Origin: an uncultured bacterium
Lineage (GTDB): Bacteria; Gemmatimonadota; Gemmatimonadetes; Gemmatimonadales; Gemmatimonadaceae
NCBI GenBank assembly: GCA_963978095.1
Contig: CAXBQP010000040.1
Location: forward strand, 1-28,386
Reading direction: 5' to 3'
DNA length: 28,386 nucleotides
The notes beneath the pieces were generated by a model that had not been told where the DNA came from, did no database searches, and was given only the letters and a program-made list of their open reading frames with translations. The position numbers and the translations under genes are program-made. Below, piece after piece: positions 1-7,788 of this stretch (the stretch's first letter is position 1; each line of letters starts with the position of its first letter).

Positions 1-105
1 CCCCTTCGGCAAGCACACCGCGGAGGTAGCCGTCACCTTCGACACCTCCGCATACATCTTGGTGAAGGCATCCCACCTGACAGTCCCCCCGTCCTTTCTC
101 CGATC

Positions 106-948
106 CTAAGCCGACAAACGGGCGGTGGGTGACACGAAAGTCTGGGTGTATTCGGACGGCGTCAAGGGAAAGCACTGCTGGTGCGGGCGGGCGGTGTTGT
201 ACTCGCGGCGCCAGCGCTCAATGTGAAACTGCGCGTCGCGGAGGGACAGAAACCAGTGCTGATTCAGGCATTCGTCGCGCAGCTTGCCGTTGAAGCTCTC
301 GATGAAGGCGTTCTGTACGGGCTTGCCCGGCTGGATGAAGCAGAGCTCGATCCCACGGTCGGCGGCCCACGCATCGAAGGCCCGACTCCGAAACTCGCTC
401 CCGTTGTCGAGCGACAGCCGGGTGGGACGGCCGCGCACCGCAATCACCGCGTCGAGCGCGGCGATGACCGCGACACTCGGCAGCGAGTGGGCAACGGCAA
501 TGGCCGGCGCTTCGTGCCCGGCGTGATCGACGATCGTGAAGCAGCGGAAGCGACGCCCGCTGGCGAGTTGATCACTGACAAAGTCGATGCCCCAGGTGTC
601 ATTCGGTCCCGCCGCCACCGGGCGGGGCACCCGCGGCACGGCGAGGCGCTTCCGGGCCCGCCGCCGCACGGCGAGCCCCTCGAGCCGATACAAGCGCTCG
701 ACGCGCTTGTAGTTCACATGCTCGCCGTCACGCCCAAGCTTCCAGTGCAGGCGTGGCACGCCCCACCGCGGATACGCCGCCGCCAGCTCGCGCAGGCGCG
801 CCCGCAGCGGCGCATCGCGCGCCGGGCGGATCGGCTGATACCGCAGCGCCGTGCGCTCGAAGCCCAGCGCGCGACAGCTGTATCGCTCACTCACGGCGTA
901 GCGCCCTTGTACCGCCGTGACCACCGCCCGGCGCTCCTGGGTGGTCAC
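106..948 (-). CDS. IS3-family transposase OrfB (rve integrase DDE domain)
   Basis: DDE motifs [28 protein letters not shown]-terminal YNTARPH. Confidence 0.95.
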   Translation of the reverse strand: MTTQERRAVVTAVQGRYAVSERYSCRALGFERTALRYQPIRPARDAPLRARLRELAAAYPRWGVPRLHWKLGRDGEHVNYKRVERLYRLEGLAVRRRARKRLAVPRVPRPVAAGPNDTWGIDFVSDQLASGRRFRCFTIVDHAGHEAPAIAVAHSLPSVAVIAALDAVIAVRGRPTRLSLDNGSEFRSRAFDAWAADRGIELCFIQPGKPVQNAFIESFNGKLRDECLNQHWFLSLRDAQFHIERWRREYNTARPHQQCFPLTPSEYTQTFVSPTARLSA

Positions 949-1211
949 GCATCTTTTCCCAAGACGTCCTTCAGGATCTGGAGATTGAGCGCTTGGTCGG
1001 CCACGAGCCGCTTGAGTCGGCGATTCTCGTCCTCCAGCGTCTGCAGCCGGCGCGCCTCGCTGACCTGCAGCTCGCCGAACCGCTGTTTCCAGACGTACAG
1101 CGTGCCCTTCGAAAATCCGTGGCGCCGGGCCAGCTCGCCGGCCTCGGCGCCGGCGCGGTGCTCCTGCAGAATCGCGATGATCTGCTCGGTCGTGAATCGG
1201 GATCGCTTCAT
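945..1211 (-). CDS. IS3-family transposase OrfA (HTH plus leucine zipper)
   Basis: [12 protein letters not shown]...[17 protein letters not shown]...[17 protein letters not shown], typical of IS407-group OrfA. Confidence 0.95.
   Translation of the reverse strand: MKRSRFTTEQIIAILQEHRAGAEAGELARRHGFSKGTLYVWKQRFGELQVSEARRLQTLEDENRRLKRLVADQALNLQILKDVLGKDA
954..960 (-). promoter_or_regulatory. Putative programmed -1 frameshift heptamer G GGA AAA
   Basis: orfA ends TTG GGA AAA GAT GCG TGA. A -1 slip gives GGG AAA AGA TGC GTG ACC, which is the orfB frame. Confidence 0.7.
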
Positions 1212-1541
1212 GGGGCCTCCGGTCGACGAAACGTCGACGTGGTGAGGCCCGTTTGTCTAGCTCAGATTGGCGGGAAGGGCGGGGGGACCGTCACACGGCG
1301 TCCGCACGACAGCCTTGGCCGGGTCCCGCGGCTCACCTTCTTGCCGAGGTCAACTGCACCCGCCCAGTCTACCTTCCAACGGTCTGCGTCAGAGGTAAGC
1401 TGACAAATCCTCGTCCGGATAACTAGGCTACAAAACGCTGCTTCGTGGTGCCTTACGGGCCCTGTGCGAGCGCCCTTAGAGGTTGTCCATAAGAGTTCAG
1501 TGCATGGTTCCGTACTTGGTTTCGCGACCCTACGGTGCCGT

Positions 1542-1982
1542 TTACGGGCCCAAGCGGCCACTGGCAAGCCAGTGGTAGATTTTTCCGGAGCTATTTACGT
1601 AGAACATCCTGCTACGAGTAACGACCGGATTCTGTGGAAGTGTGAAAAGGACTCCTCCTAAGCCGTCGGACTGGGCCGTTCCCGGTGCAAGCGGGAAGCT
1701 CATGGACCGATTGAAAATCAAAATCTCCCCTCCCTGCCCGTCGGAAGAAACGCTACTCGGTGGCCCCCACGCCCGTAAGAGCTCAGGCTTGGTATGACCA
1801 ATCCACGAGTCCATCATCGATTTTTCTTGGTCCAAGAATGACGGAGCGGGAGGGGGTGGCGGCGGAGGTGGAACACAGCCGCTGGTATATAAGACCCCAG
1901 CTACCAAGAGCATCAGTGAGATAGTCGCAGCGACACCTCCACGCACAGCAACGCCAAGCCCGTACCGAAGCATGCTTCGCAT
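1542..1982 (-). CDS. Hypothetical lipoprotein with polyproline linker
   Basis: GGAG 6 nt upstream of ATG 1982. Hydrophobic leader ending TSGC, then a P8 run, then SWIG...ELLRAWGPP, a motif seen in small uncharacterised lipoproteins. Start could be 1994. Confidence 0.65.
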   Translation of the reverse strand: MRSMLRYGLGVAVRGGVAATISLMLLVAGVLYTSGCVPPPPPPPPAPSFLDQEKSMMDSWIGHTKPELLRAWGPPSSVSSDGQGGEILIFNRSMSFPLAPGTAQSDGLGGVLFTLPQNPVVTRSRMFYVNSSGKIYHWLASGRLGP

Positions 1983-2180
1983 TTGAGACTCCATGGGGTG
2001 ACTGTTACTGTGGACAACGCAAAGTGCTTGAGTCCACAACGTGCTGATGCGCAGGACGGGAAGGGTGAGATCGCTCCCCTCCCCCCATTACGGTAACGCA
2101 GCTGAGCCTAGCCGAGCAAATCCCTCATCGATTCGAGGCAAGTTGCGTTAGGGTCGCTGTGGGGTGCCGGTGGGGTAACG

Positions 2181-2219
2181 CAAGAAGGGCCCTCGGATAA
2201 AAATCGAGGGCCCTTCTTG
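2181..2219. terminator. Strong hairpin / probable intrinsic terminator downstream of tRNA-Pro
   Basis: Perfect 15-bp stem CAAGAAGGGCCCTCG / CGAGGGCCCTTCTTG with a 9-nt loop. Confidence 0.75.
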
Positions 2220-2250
2220 TATCCCTTTACCGAATAACAACTTACATCAG

Positions 2251-2324
<74 letters not shown>

Positions 2325-2381
2325 AAATCGGTAAAGTCTGACAGACACCCACACCTTCCCAACCGCTCCTGCACCCTCTCA

Positions 2382-2455
2382 TGCGCCCGGAGAGACTCGA
2401 ACTCCCAACCTTCTGATCCGTAGTCAGATGCTCTATCCAATTGAGCTACGAGCGC
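2382..2455 (-). tRNA. tRNA-Arg(ACG)
   Basis: Anticodon arm TCTGA-CTACGGA-TCAGA, T-loop GTTCGAGTC; CCA not encoded. Confidence 0.97.
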
Positions 2456-2474
2456 GTTTCCCGCAGAGCACCGA

Positions 2475-2503
2475 AAGCTAGGCGCCCGCAGGAGGACAGT
2501 CAA
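2475..2503 (-). promoter_or_regulatory. Putative sigma70-type promoter for tRNA-Arg/Pro
   Basis: TTGACT-17 nt-TAGCTT ending 20 nt upstream of tRNA-Arg. Confidence 0.65.
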
Positions 2504-2514
2504 CCACTGCCGCC

Positions 2515-4134
2515 TTACTTGTTCGCCAGTGGCGCGTACCGCACACCAAGCACATCACCCTTCGCGATCTCCACCGAGAAGTTCCCCGTGGCGTCCGGCT
2601 TCACATCCGCCACCGTCACACTCTTCTTCTCGAGCACCGCGCCATCCTTCCCCAAGAACTCGAAGTCCACCGTGAAGCTGCGCGCGGCCTTCGCCTTGTT
2701 CAGAATCTGCCCCTTCAGGATCGTCTTGTCCTTGTACTTGTCGAACTGCGTGTACGTCAGCTGCTGCATCATCGCATCCGACTGCGTGCTGTACGCCGTG
2801 ACCGAATCGATCAACCGCTTGTACTCCGCGCGCAGCGTCTTGAGCGAGTCGAACTTGAGTGCCTTCTTGGCCGCCAGCGTCGTGGCCTTGGCCCACGCCG
2901 CCGCCGAGTCCTTGGCCGCCGGCTTCACGAAGTTCGCTTCCACGCTGTCGCCGAAGAGCTTGAAGGCGTACGCGAACAGCATGACGTTGTCAGGGTTGCT
3001 CGGGTCGAGCTTCACGAGGTTGCGCACCACCGGCAGCATGTCCGACGGCCGCTTGGACTCGTACAGCATGGCCGCATAGTTGTACATGTAGTCCCGGCTG
3101 TACGGATTGACCTTCATCGCCGATTCGAAGAACGAGGCGGCTTCCGCGTTCCGGCTCATGCGCGTCGACTGCACGCCCGCCTGCGCCAACGTCACATCGC
3201 TGTACTTGAGCGGGTTCGCCTTGATCACCGTGAGCGCGGCATCCACGAGCCCGTCGTTCTTGGCCATCGTGGCCGCCGTCGCGATCCCCTGCAGCGCGAA
3301 CGGGGCCTCCTCCGACTGCGGGGCCTCCTTCAGCACGGCCATGAACGGCTCCACCGAGCCCTTGTACGCGTCCGTCTTGGCGGGCTCGGCCTTCTTCTCC
3401 GCGCCGTCCTGCATCACACGCCCCATGTTGAAGAGCAGGTTGATGCGCACGGCGGTGTTGGCCGTGTCACCCACCAGCTTGTCGGCGGCGATCTTCATGT
3501 TGGTGAGCATGCCGGCTTCGTCATTCTTCTTCTGCGCCACACGCCAGAGCACGTCGTACGGCTGCGCCCCCTCCTTCGAGAAGATCAGCGCCCGCTTCGC
3601 GTAATACTCGGCGGAATCCGCCTTGTCCGCCCCCATCGTGCGGTAGGCCGACTGCACATCCAGGGCATACGGCTTGTACTGACGCCACTCGCCGATCTCG
3701 GCCTTGCAGGCCGGGTTCCCCTTCTCGACGATCGTGAGGAGCGAGTCGACGACCACGGCGAGGTCCAGCGTCCCGGCGCCCGGGAAGCCCACATTGGCGC
3801 GGGGCTGAATCTCGCCGCCGAACGGGATCGCCAGCGACAGCATCTGCGCCAGCATGTAGTCGCGCCCCATCGGATTCGCGGCGGTCTTCGGGTCCAGCAG
3901 GAGCTTGGCCGCGTCCAGCATCGTCTTGCGCGCGTCCTCCGCCTTGGTGGCGCTGACGAGCTTGGATCGCTGCAGGTTGGCCAGGGCCAGCTGGCTCGGC
4001 GCCTGCATGTCGATCGGGCAGGCGGCGGGAGCGGCGGCCGGTTGCTGGGCCATCGCGACACGGGGCAGGGCCAGCGGGAGCGCCACGGTGTGCGCCAACG
4101 CGAGCGCGGCGAGAATGCGAGGACGGATCGTCAT
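2515..4134 (-). CDS. Exported tetratricopeptide-repeat protein with C-terminal FxLYD-like Ig domain
   Basis: Signal peptide MTIRPRILAALALA...AMA|QQ. TPR-like helices (AASFFESAMKVNPYSRDYMYNYA, LVKLDPSNPD). C-terminal GQILN...VDFEFLGKDGAVL...VKPDATGNFSV. Confidence 0.8.
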   Translation of the reverse strand: MTIRPRILAALALAHTVALPLALPRVAMAQQPAAAPAACPIDMQAPSQLALANLQRSKLVSATKAEDARKTMLDAAKLLLDPKTAANPMGRDYMLAQMLSLAIPFGGEIQPRANVGFPGAGTLDLAVVVDSLLTIVEKGNPACKAEIGEWRQYKPYALDVQSAYRTMGADKADSAEYYAKRALIFSKEGAQPYDVLWRVAQKKNDEAGMLTNMKIAADKLVGDTANTAVRINLLFNMGRVMQDGAEKKAEPAKTDAYKGSVEPFMAVLKEAPQSEEAPFALQGIATAATMAKNDGLVDAALTVIKANPLKYSDVTLAQAGVQSTRMSRNAEAASFFESAMKVNPYSRDYMYNYAAMLYESKRPSDMLPVVRNLVKLDPSNPDNVMLFAYAFKLFGDSVEANFVKPAAKDSAAAWAKATTLAAKKALKFDSLKTLRAEYKRLIDSVTAYSTQSDAMMQQLTYTQFDKYKDKTILKGQILNKAKAARSFTVDFEFLGKDGAVLEKKSVTVADVKPDATGNFSVEIAKGDVLGVRYAPLANK

Positions 4135-4170
4135 CGGATCGTTCGGGTGGAGGATGGTTCTGAACACGAA

Positions 4171-4197
4171 CGCCTCACGAGTCTTCCCCGTGAGGCG
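4171..4197 (-). terminator. Hairpin immediately 3' of tRNA-Val (weak terminator or processing stem)
   Basis: 9-bp stem CGCCTCACG/CGTGAGGCG followed on the minus strand by TTCGTGTTC. Confidence 0.45.
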
Positions 4198-4198
4198 A

Positions 4199-4272
4199 TG
4201 GGCGGTACAAGGCTCGAACTTGTGACCTCCACGATGTCAACGTGGCGCTCTAACCAACTGAGCTAACCGCCC
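4199..4272 (-). tRNA. tRNA-Val(GAC)
   Basis: Anticodon arm CCACG-TTGACAT-CGTGG; acceptor GGGCGGT/ACCGCCC. Confidence 0.97.
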
Positions 4273-4380
4273 GTGCTACGCACTCCTGTTGATCACTCCT
4301 GCTGCACCTGCAGACCATTGGAACCAGCATCGCCAGCCCAACGTTCATTCTTGAGCACGCCATGGAGCCGACGCCTCGAG

Positions 4381-4453
4381 AGCGGGAAACGGGACTCGAA
4401 CCCGCGACCCCAACCTTGGCAAGGTTGTGCTCTACCAACTGAGCTATTCCCGC
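4381..4453 (-). tRNA. tRNA-Gly(GCC)
   Basis: GCGGGAA/TTCCCGC acceptor, U discriminator, anticodon arm CAACC-TTGCCAA-GGTTG. Confidence 0.97.
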
Positions 4454-4541
4454 AGGAATGCAGTCCCGGACCGCTAGGCTGCTACGACCGGTACCGCCAG
4501 GGTCCACGCCGGGTGCCGCCAACCCGCTGGCGGTCCGACCA

Positions 4542-4614
<73 letters not shown>

Positions 4615-4698
4615 GAAACTGCCCAACAACACCCTCGCGGAACATCGGCTGCGCTCACGACCGTTCGCCCAGCCAGACCGTTCCGACAGGAACCAAGA

Positions 4699-4727
4699 AA
4701 CTTACAGACGTGTAGGAATCAGGTCAA
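4699..4727 (-). promoter_or_regulatory. Putative promoter for tRNA-Ala/Gly/Val cluster
   Basis: TTGACC-17 nt-TAAGTT in an AT-rich divergent intergenic region. Confidence 0.65.
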
Positions 4728-4737
4728 GGTACAAGTG

Positions 4738-4766
4738 TTGTATTATTGTCAACGATTCGCTATTTT
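4738..4766 (+). promoter_or_regulatory. Putative promoter for the sigma factor gene
   Basis: TTGTAT-17 nt-TATTTT, back-to-back with the tRNA promoter. Confidence 0.5.
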
Positions 4767-4883
4767 GTGGCTCCAATGTAAACGCCGCGGGTTTCGGGCG
4801 TTCAATTCTCAATCACCGGCCGGCACGGGACGTCCCATCGGGACCCCGCGATTGCCAGCCATCCTCCGGGAGGCAGTGGCGCG

Positions 4884-6179
4884 ATGACCGTCCAGCGTGC
4901 CAAGCGCGGTGCCCCATCGGCCGCCGCATCCCGTTCCAAGTCGCCCCTGAAATCCGGAAAGGCGGCTCCCCACGCGGCGTCCAAATCGGCGGCACGGCCA
5001 TCCGCAGCACCGCGATCGACCAAGCCGTCCTCGAAGACGTCTGCCAAGGCATCTGCCAAGGCGACGAGTCCAACCATGCCTCACGCGTCATCCAAAGCAA
5101 ACAAGGCGAAAACCGCCGCCAAGCCGCCCGCGAAGGCTGCCAAGGCTCCTGCCAAGGCTCCTGCCAAGGGATCGGCGAAGGTACCCGCCTCCTCCTCTTC
5201 AAAAAGTGCCGCAGCTGCCGTCGCGGGAGCCCCGAAAGCTTCGGCGAAGCCCGCTGTGGTTTCTGGGACTCCTGCACCCGTGACTTCAACGGCTCTCGAA
5301 CCAAAAAAGCGCAAACGCCGCACCGCGCCCGCCGGCATCGCGCCGAGTGAGCCCGAGCGCGACATTCTCGACCAGTACCTGTACGAAGTCTCGACCTACC
5401 CCCTCCTCAAGGGGACGGAAGAGATCGACATCGCGCGCAAGATCCGCGCAGGCGACGCCGATGCACTCCAGGAGCTGGTGAAGCGCAACCTGCGTTTCGT
5501 CATCTCGGTGGCCAAGAAGTACCAGAACCGCGGGCTCCCGCTCATCGACCTGATCGGCGAAGGGAACGTCGGGCTCCTGACCGCTGCCCGGAAGTTCGAC
5601 CCGGACCAGGGGGTGAAGTTCATCTCCTACGCCGTGTGGTGGATCCGTCAGGCCATCCTGAGCTCCCTGGCCCGCCAGGGGCGCACCGTGCGCGTGCCGC
5701 TCAACCGCACCGCGGACCTCTCCCGCATCATCAAGGCCAGCGAAATCCTGCGCCAGAAAATGCGGCGCGAGCCCACGCCGGAAGAGCTGGCGCAGCTCAC
5801 CGGTCTCTCGGTGGACGTGGTCCAGTCGCTCGCCGCCTTGAACACCGGCGACGTCCGACTCGATGCCCCGATGGACCCGGACGGCGATCGCTCGCTCATC
5901 GAGCGGTTCGTCGCGGACGAGATGCCGGACACGGAAGAGGAAGCCATGAACCGCTTCCTGACCGACGAGATCGAGTCCGCCCTGAATACGCTCCCCCCAC
6001 GTGACGCCAAGGTCCTCCGCCTCTACTTCGGGCTCGAGGGCGGGCGCGAGCACACGCTGGAGGAGATCGGCTCGATGCTCGGCGTCACGCGCGAACGCGT
6101 TCGTCAGCTTCGCGATCGCGCCCTCAAGCGTCTCCGCGAAGGTGACGTGGGCCGCGCACTCGGCTCGTTCGCGTCGTAA
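4884..6179 (+). CDS. rpoD: RNA polymerase sigma-70 factor, RpoD/SigA family, with long basic Lys/Ala/Pro/Ser N-terminal extension
   Basis: Region 1.2 LDQYLYEV; region 2 NLRFVISVAKKY...DLIGEGNVGL...KFISYAVWWIRQAI; region 4 TLEEIGSMLGVTRERVRQL; GGAGG upstream of the ATG. Confidence 0.9.
   Translation: MTVQRAKRGAPSAAASRSKSPLKSGKAAPHAASKSAARPSAAPRSTKPSSKTSAKASAKATSPTMPHASSKANKAKTAAKPPAKAAKAPAKAPAKGSAKVPASSSSKSAAAAVAGAPKASAKPAVVSGTPAPVTSTALEPKKRKRRTAPAGIAPSEPERDILDQYLYEVSTYPLLKGTEEIDIARKIRAGDADALQELVKRNLRFVISVAKKYQNRGLPLIDLIGEGNVGLLTAARKFDPDQGVKFISYAVWWIRQAILSSLARQGRTVRVPLNRTADLSRIIKASEILRQKMRREPTPEELAQLTGLSVDVVQSLAALNTGDVRLDAPMDPDGDRSLIERFVADEMPDTEEEAMNRFLTDEIESALNTLPPRDAKVLRLYFGLEGGREHTLEEIGSMLGVTRERVRQLRDRALKRLREGDVGRALGSFAS
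5139..5169 (+). repeat. Coding 12-bp tandem repeat (GCCAAGGCTCCT)x2.5 encoding AKAP repeats
   Basis: GCCAAGGCTCCT GCCAAGGCTCCT GCCAAGG read directly. Confidence 0.8.
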
Positions 6180-6198
6180 GCATCACCACTGGTGTGCG

Positions 6199-6232
6199 CA
6201 GGGCCGTTCTCGATGCGTCGAGAACGGCCCTG
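6199..6232 (+). terminator. Hairpin downstream of the sigma factor gene
   Basis: Perfect 15-bp stem CAGGGCCGTTCTCGA/TCGAGAACGGCCCTG with a 4-nt loop. Confidence 0.7.
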
Positions 6233-6282
6233 TGTGCATCCGCGACCTGGCGGCAATGCGCGCCCGCCGAACAGGACACGCC

Positions 6283-6317
6283 AAAACGAAACGGCCGGCG
6301 ATCACTCGCCGGCCGTT
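6283..6317 (-). terminator. Intrinsic terminator for the first susC/susD operon
   Basis: 12-bp stem AACGGCCGGCGA/TCGCCGGCCGTT followed on the minus strand by TCGTTTT. Confidence 0.75.
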
Positions 6318-6345
6318 CGTTGCCTACACCTGCGCGATCAACCGC

Positions 6346-7785
6346 TTAGCAACCCGGGCCCGCGTACGGAGCAGCCTTGCCCGCACGCGAGAGGCACTCG
6401 GCCTGCGGGATCGGAATCACGCGCGCCACGAAGTGCTTGTAGGTGCCCGACGTGATGTCGAGCGGGAGATCCGCCAGCTTGCCGTACTTGCGCATGTCCA
6501 CCCAGCGGGTGCCTTCCATCAAGGTCGACATCCGCTTCTCCTTCAGGATGCCGTTCAGGATGGCGGGCGTACCGCTCGTCGCCGTCAGCGTGGTCGCGGC
6601 CAAACCGCCGGACTTCTGACGCAGGATGTTGATGTCGGTGATCGCCGCGGCTGCATTGCCGGCGCCCAAGCTCGCCTCGGCGTGCAGCGCAATGAGCTCT
6701 TCGTTGCGGATGGACGAGATTGGCGTGTTGCCGTTCGCCCAGATGTTGAACCGCAGCGTCGAAGTCACGCCGATACCGCCAGCCGGCGTACGTGCCGACC
6801 CGGTGACGATCTTCGCGGCGTACCGCAGGTCACCTGCCTCTGCGTCGGTCGCGATCGACATGTGCGAGTACAGGTCGGCGTTCGTGGCGATGTTCAGTCC
6901 GTTGGACTGATCGCCCGAGGCCGTCGAGTACACGTGGTAGACACCCTTGTCGAGGTCGGCACGGGTGGTGGCGGCCAGGTTCAGGAACGACGCGTTGAGC
7001 GCGGTCAGCGCCGTCGTGTACATGGCCGCGCTGTTCGAGATGGCCGCGTAGTTCACGGCCGCACGAGCCTTCAGCGCCTGCGTGTACGTGGCGAACGTCG
7101 CCGGCGTGTTGAAGCCGGTGAAGCCGCTGTGCAGGGTGAAGGGGAAGGCACTGCCGCCGGCGGCAAGCTTCGTGGCCGCGTCATCGAACGCCGCGAGCAC
7201 GTACTTGTACGCCGAGTCGCGCGAGACGAACGGGGCCAGATCCGAGGCGTTGTCCTTGATTTCGACAACGATGCCCAGCGAGTCGCGCGTCATCAGCAAC
7301 TCGTACAACATCTGCCCTTCAAGCGTCCGCGCGAAACCGATGGCCGCATTCTTCTGCGCATCCGTCAGCGTCGTGTTGGTCGTGACCGTCTTCTTGAAGT
7401 TGTAGATGTTGCGGAGCGCGTTGTACTGCGTGCTCCAGTCGCCGCTGGCGAAGCCGGTCGGGTCGATCACCTGCACGCCACCGACCGAGATGCCGATCAG
7501 GTAGTGCGAGGTGGTACGTCCGTCGGTCGGGAAGTAGTTGTACGACTCACGACCGAAGATGCCGACGTCCGAGATCAGGCCGGCGCGGCCCGAGCGGTAG
7601 TTGGCCTGCAACCCGGTGGCCAGCAGCTGCAGCGCGGACGGATCGCCCGCCGCGGCCGCCACCGTCGGCGAGTTCGGGTTGGTGATGCTGAGCTGCTTGT
7701 CGCTGCAGGCCGCCAGGGTCAGGGCCATCAGCGCAGCGCCCACAATGCGCATGCGCGTCATCAGATGGTTCGTTGAGGTAGTCAT
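6346..7785 (-). CDS. RagB/SusD-family outer-membrane nutrient-binding lipoprotein
   Basis: Lipobox LAAC, early NPN, IRNEELIALHAEA, EKRMSTLMEGTRWVDMRKYG, IPIPQAE; 3 nt downstream of susC. Confidence 0.9.
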   Translation of the reverse strand: MTTSTNHLMTRMRIVGAALMALTLAACSDKQLSITNPNSPTVAAAAGDPSALQLLATGLQANYRSGRAGLISDVGIFGRESYNYFPTDGRTTSHYLIGISVGGVQVIDPTGFASGDWSTQYNALRNIYNFKKTVTTNTTLTDAQKNAAIGFARTLEGQMLYELLMTRDSLGIVVEIKDNASDLAPFVSRDSAYKYVLAAFDDAATKLAAGGSAFPFTLHSGFTGFNTPATFATYTQALKARAAVNYAAISNSAAMYTTALTALNASFLNLAATTRADLDKGVYHVYSTASGDQSNGLNIATNADLYSHMSIATDAEAGDLRYAAKIVTGSARTPAGGIGVTSTLRFNIWANGNTPISSIRNEELIALHAEASLGAGNAAAAITDINILRQKSGGLAATTLTATSGTPAILNGILKEKRMSTLMEGTRWVDMRKYGKLADLPLDITSGTYKHFVARVIPIPQAECLSRAGKAAPYAGPGC

Positions 7786-7788
7786 CGG

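Larger units (their letters stand above)
78..1293 (-). mobile_element. IS3-family insertion sequence (IS407-group-like), 1216 bp, apparently intact
   Basis: TG...CA ends. Imperfect terminal IRs TGACAGTCCCCCCGTCCTTTC (from 78) and TGACGGTCCCCCCGCCCTTCC (reverse complement, ending 1293). Contains orfA/orfB in -1 relative frame. Flanks CACC/CACG resemble a 4-bp target duplication with one mismatch. Confidence 0.93.

Noticed and set aside
1262..1661. Short ORFs 1262-1567 and 1464-1661
   Set aside because: They have no recognisable motifs or RBS and overlap the IS end or the lipoprotein gene.
2232..2244. IHF binding site next to tRNA-Pro
   Set aside because: It has three mismatches to WATCAANNNNTTR and was used only as weak context for the island edge.
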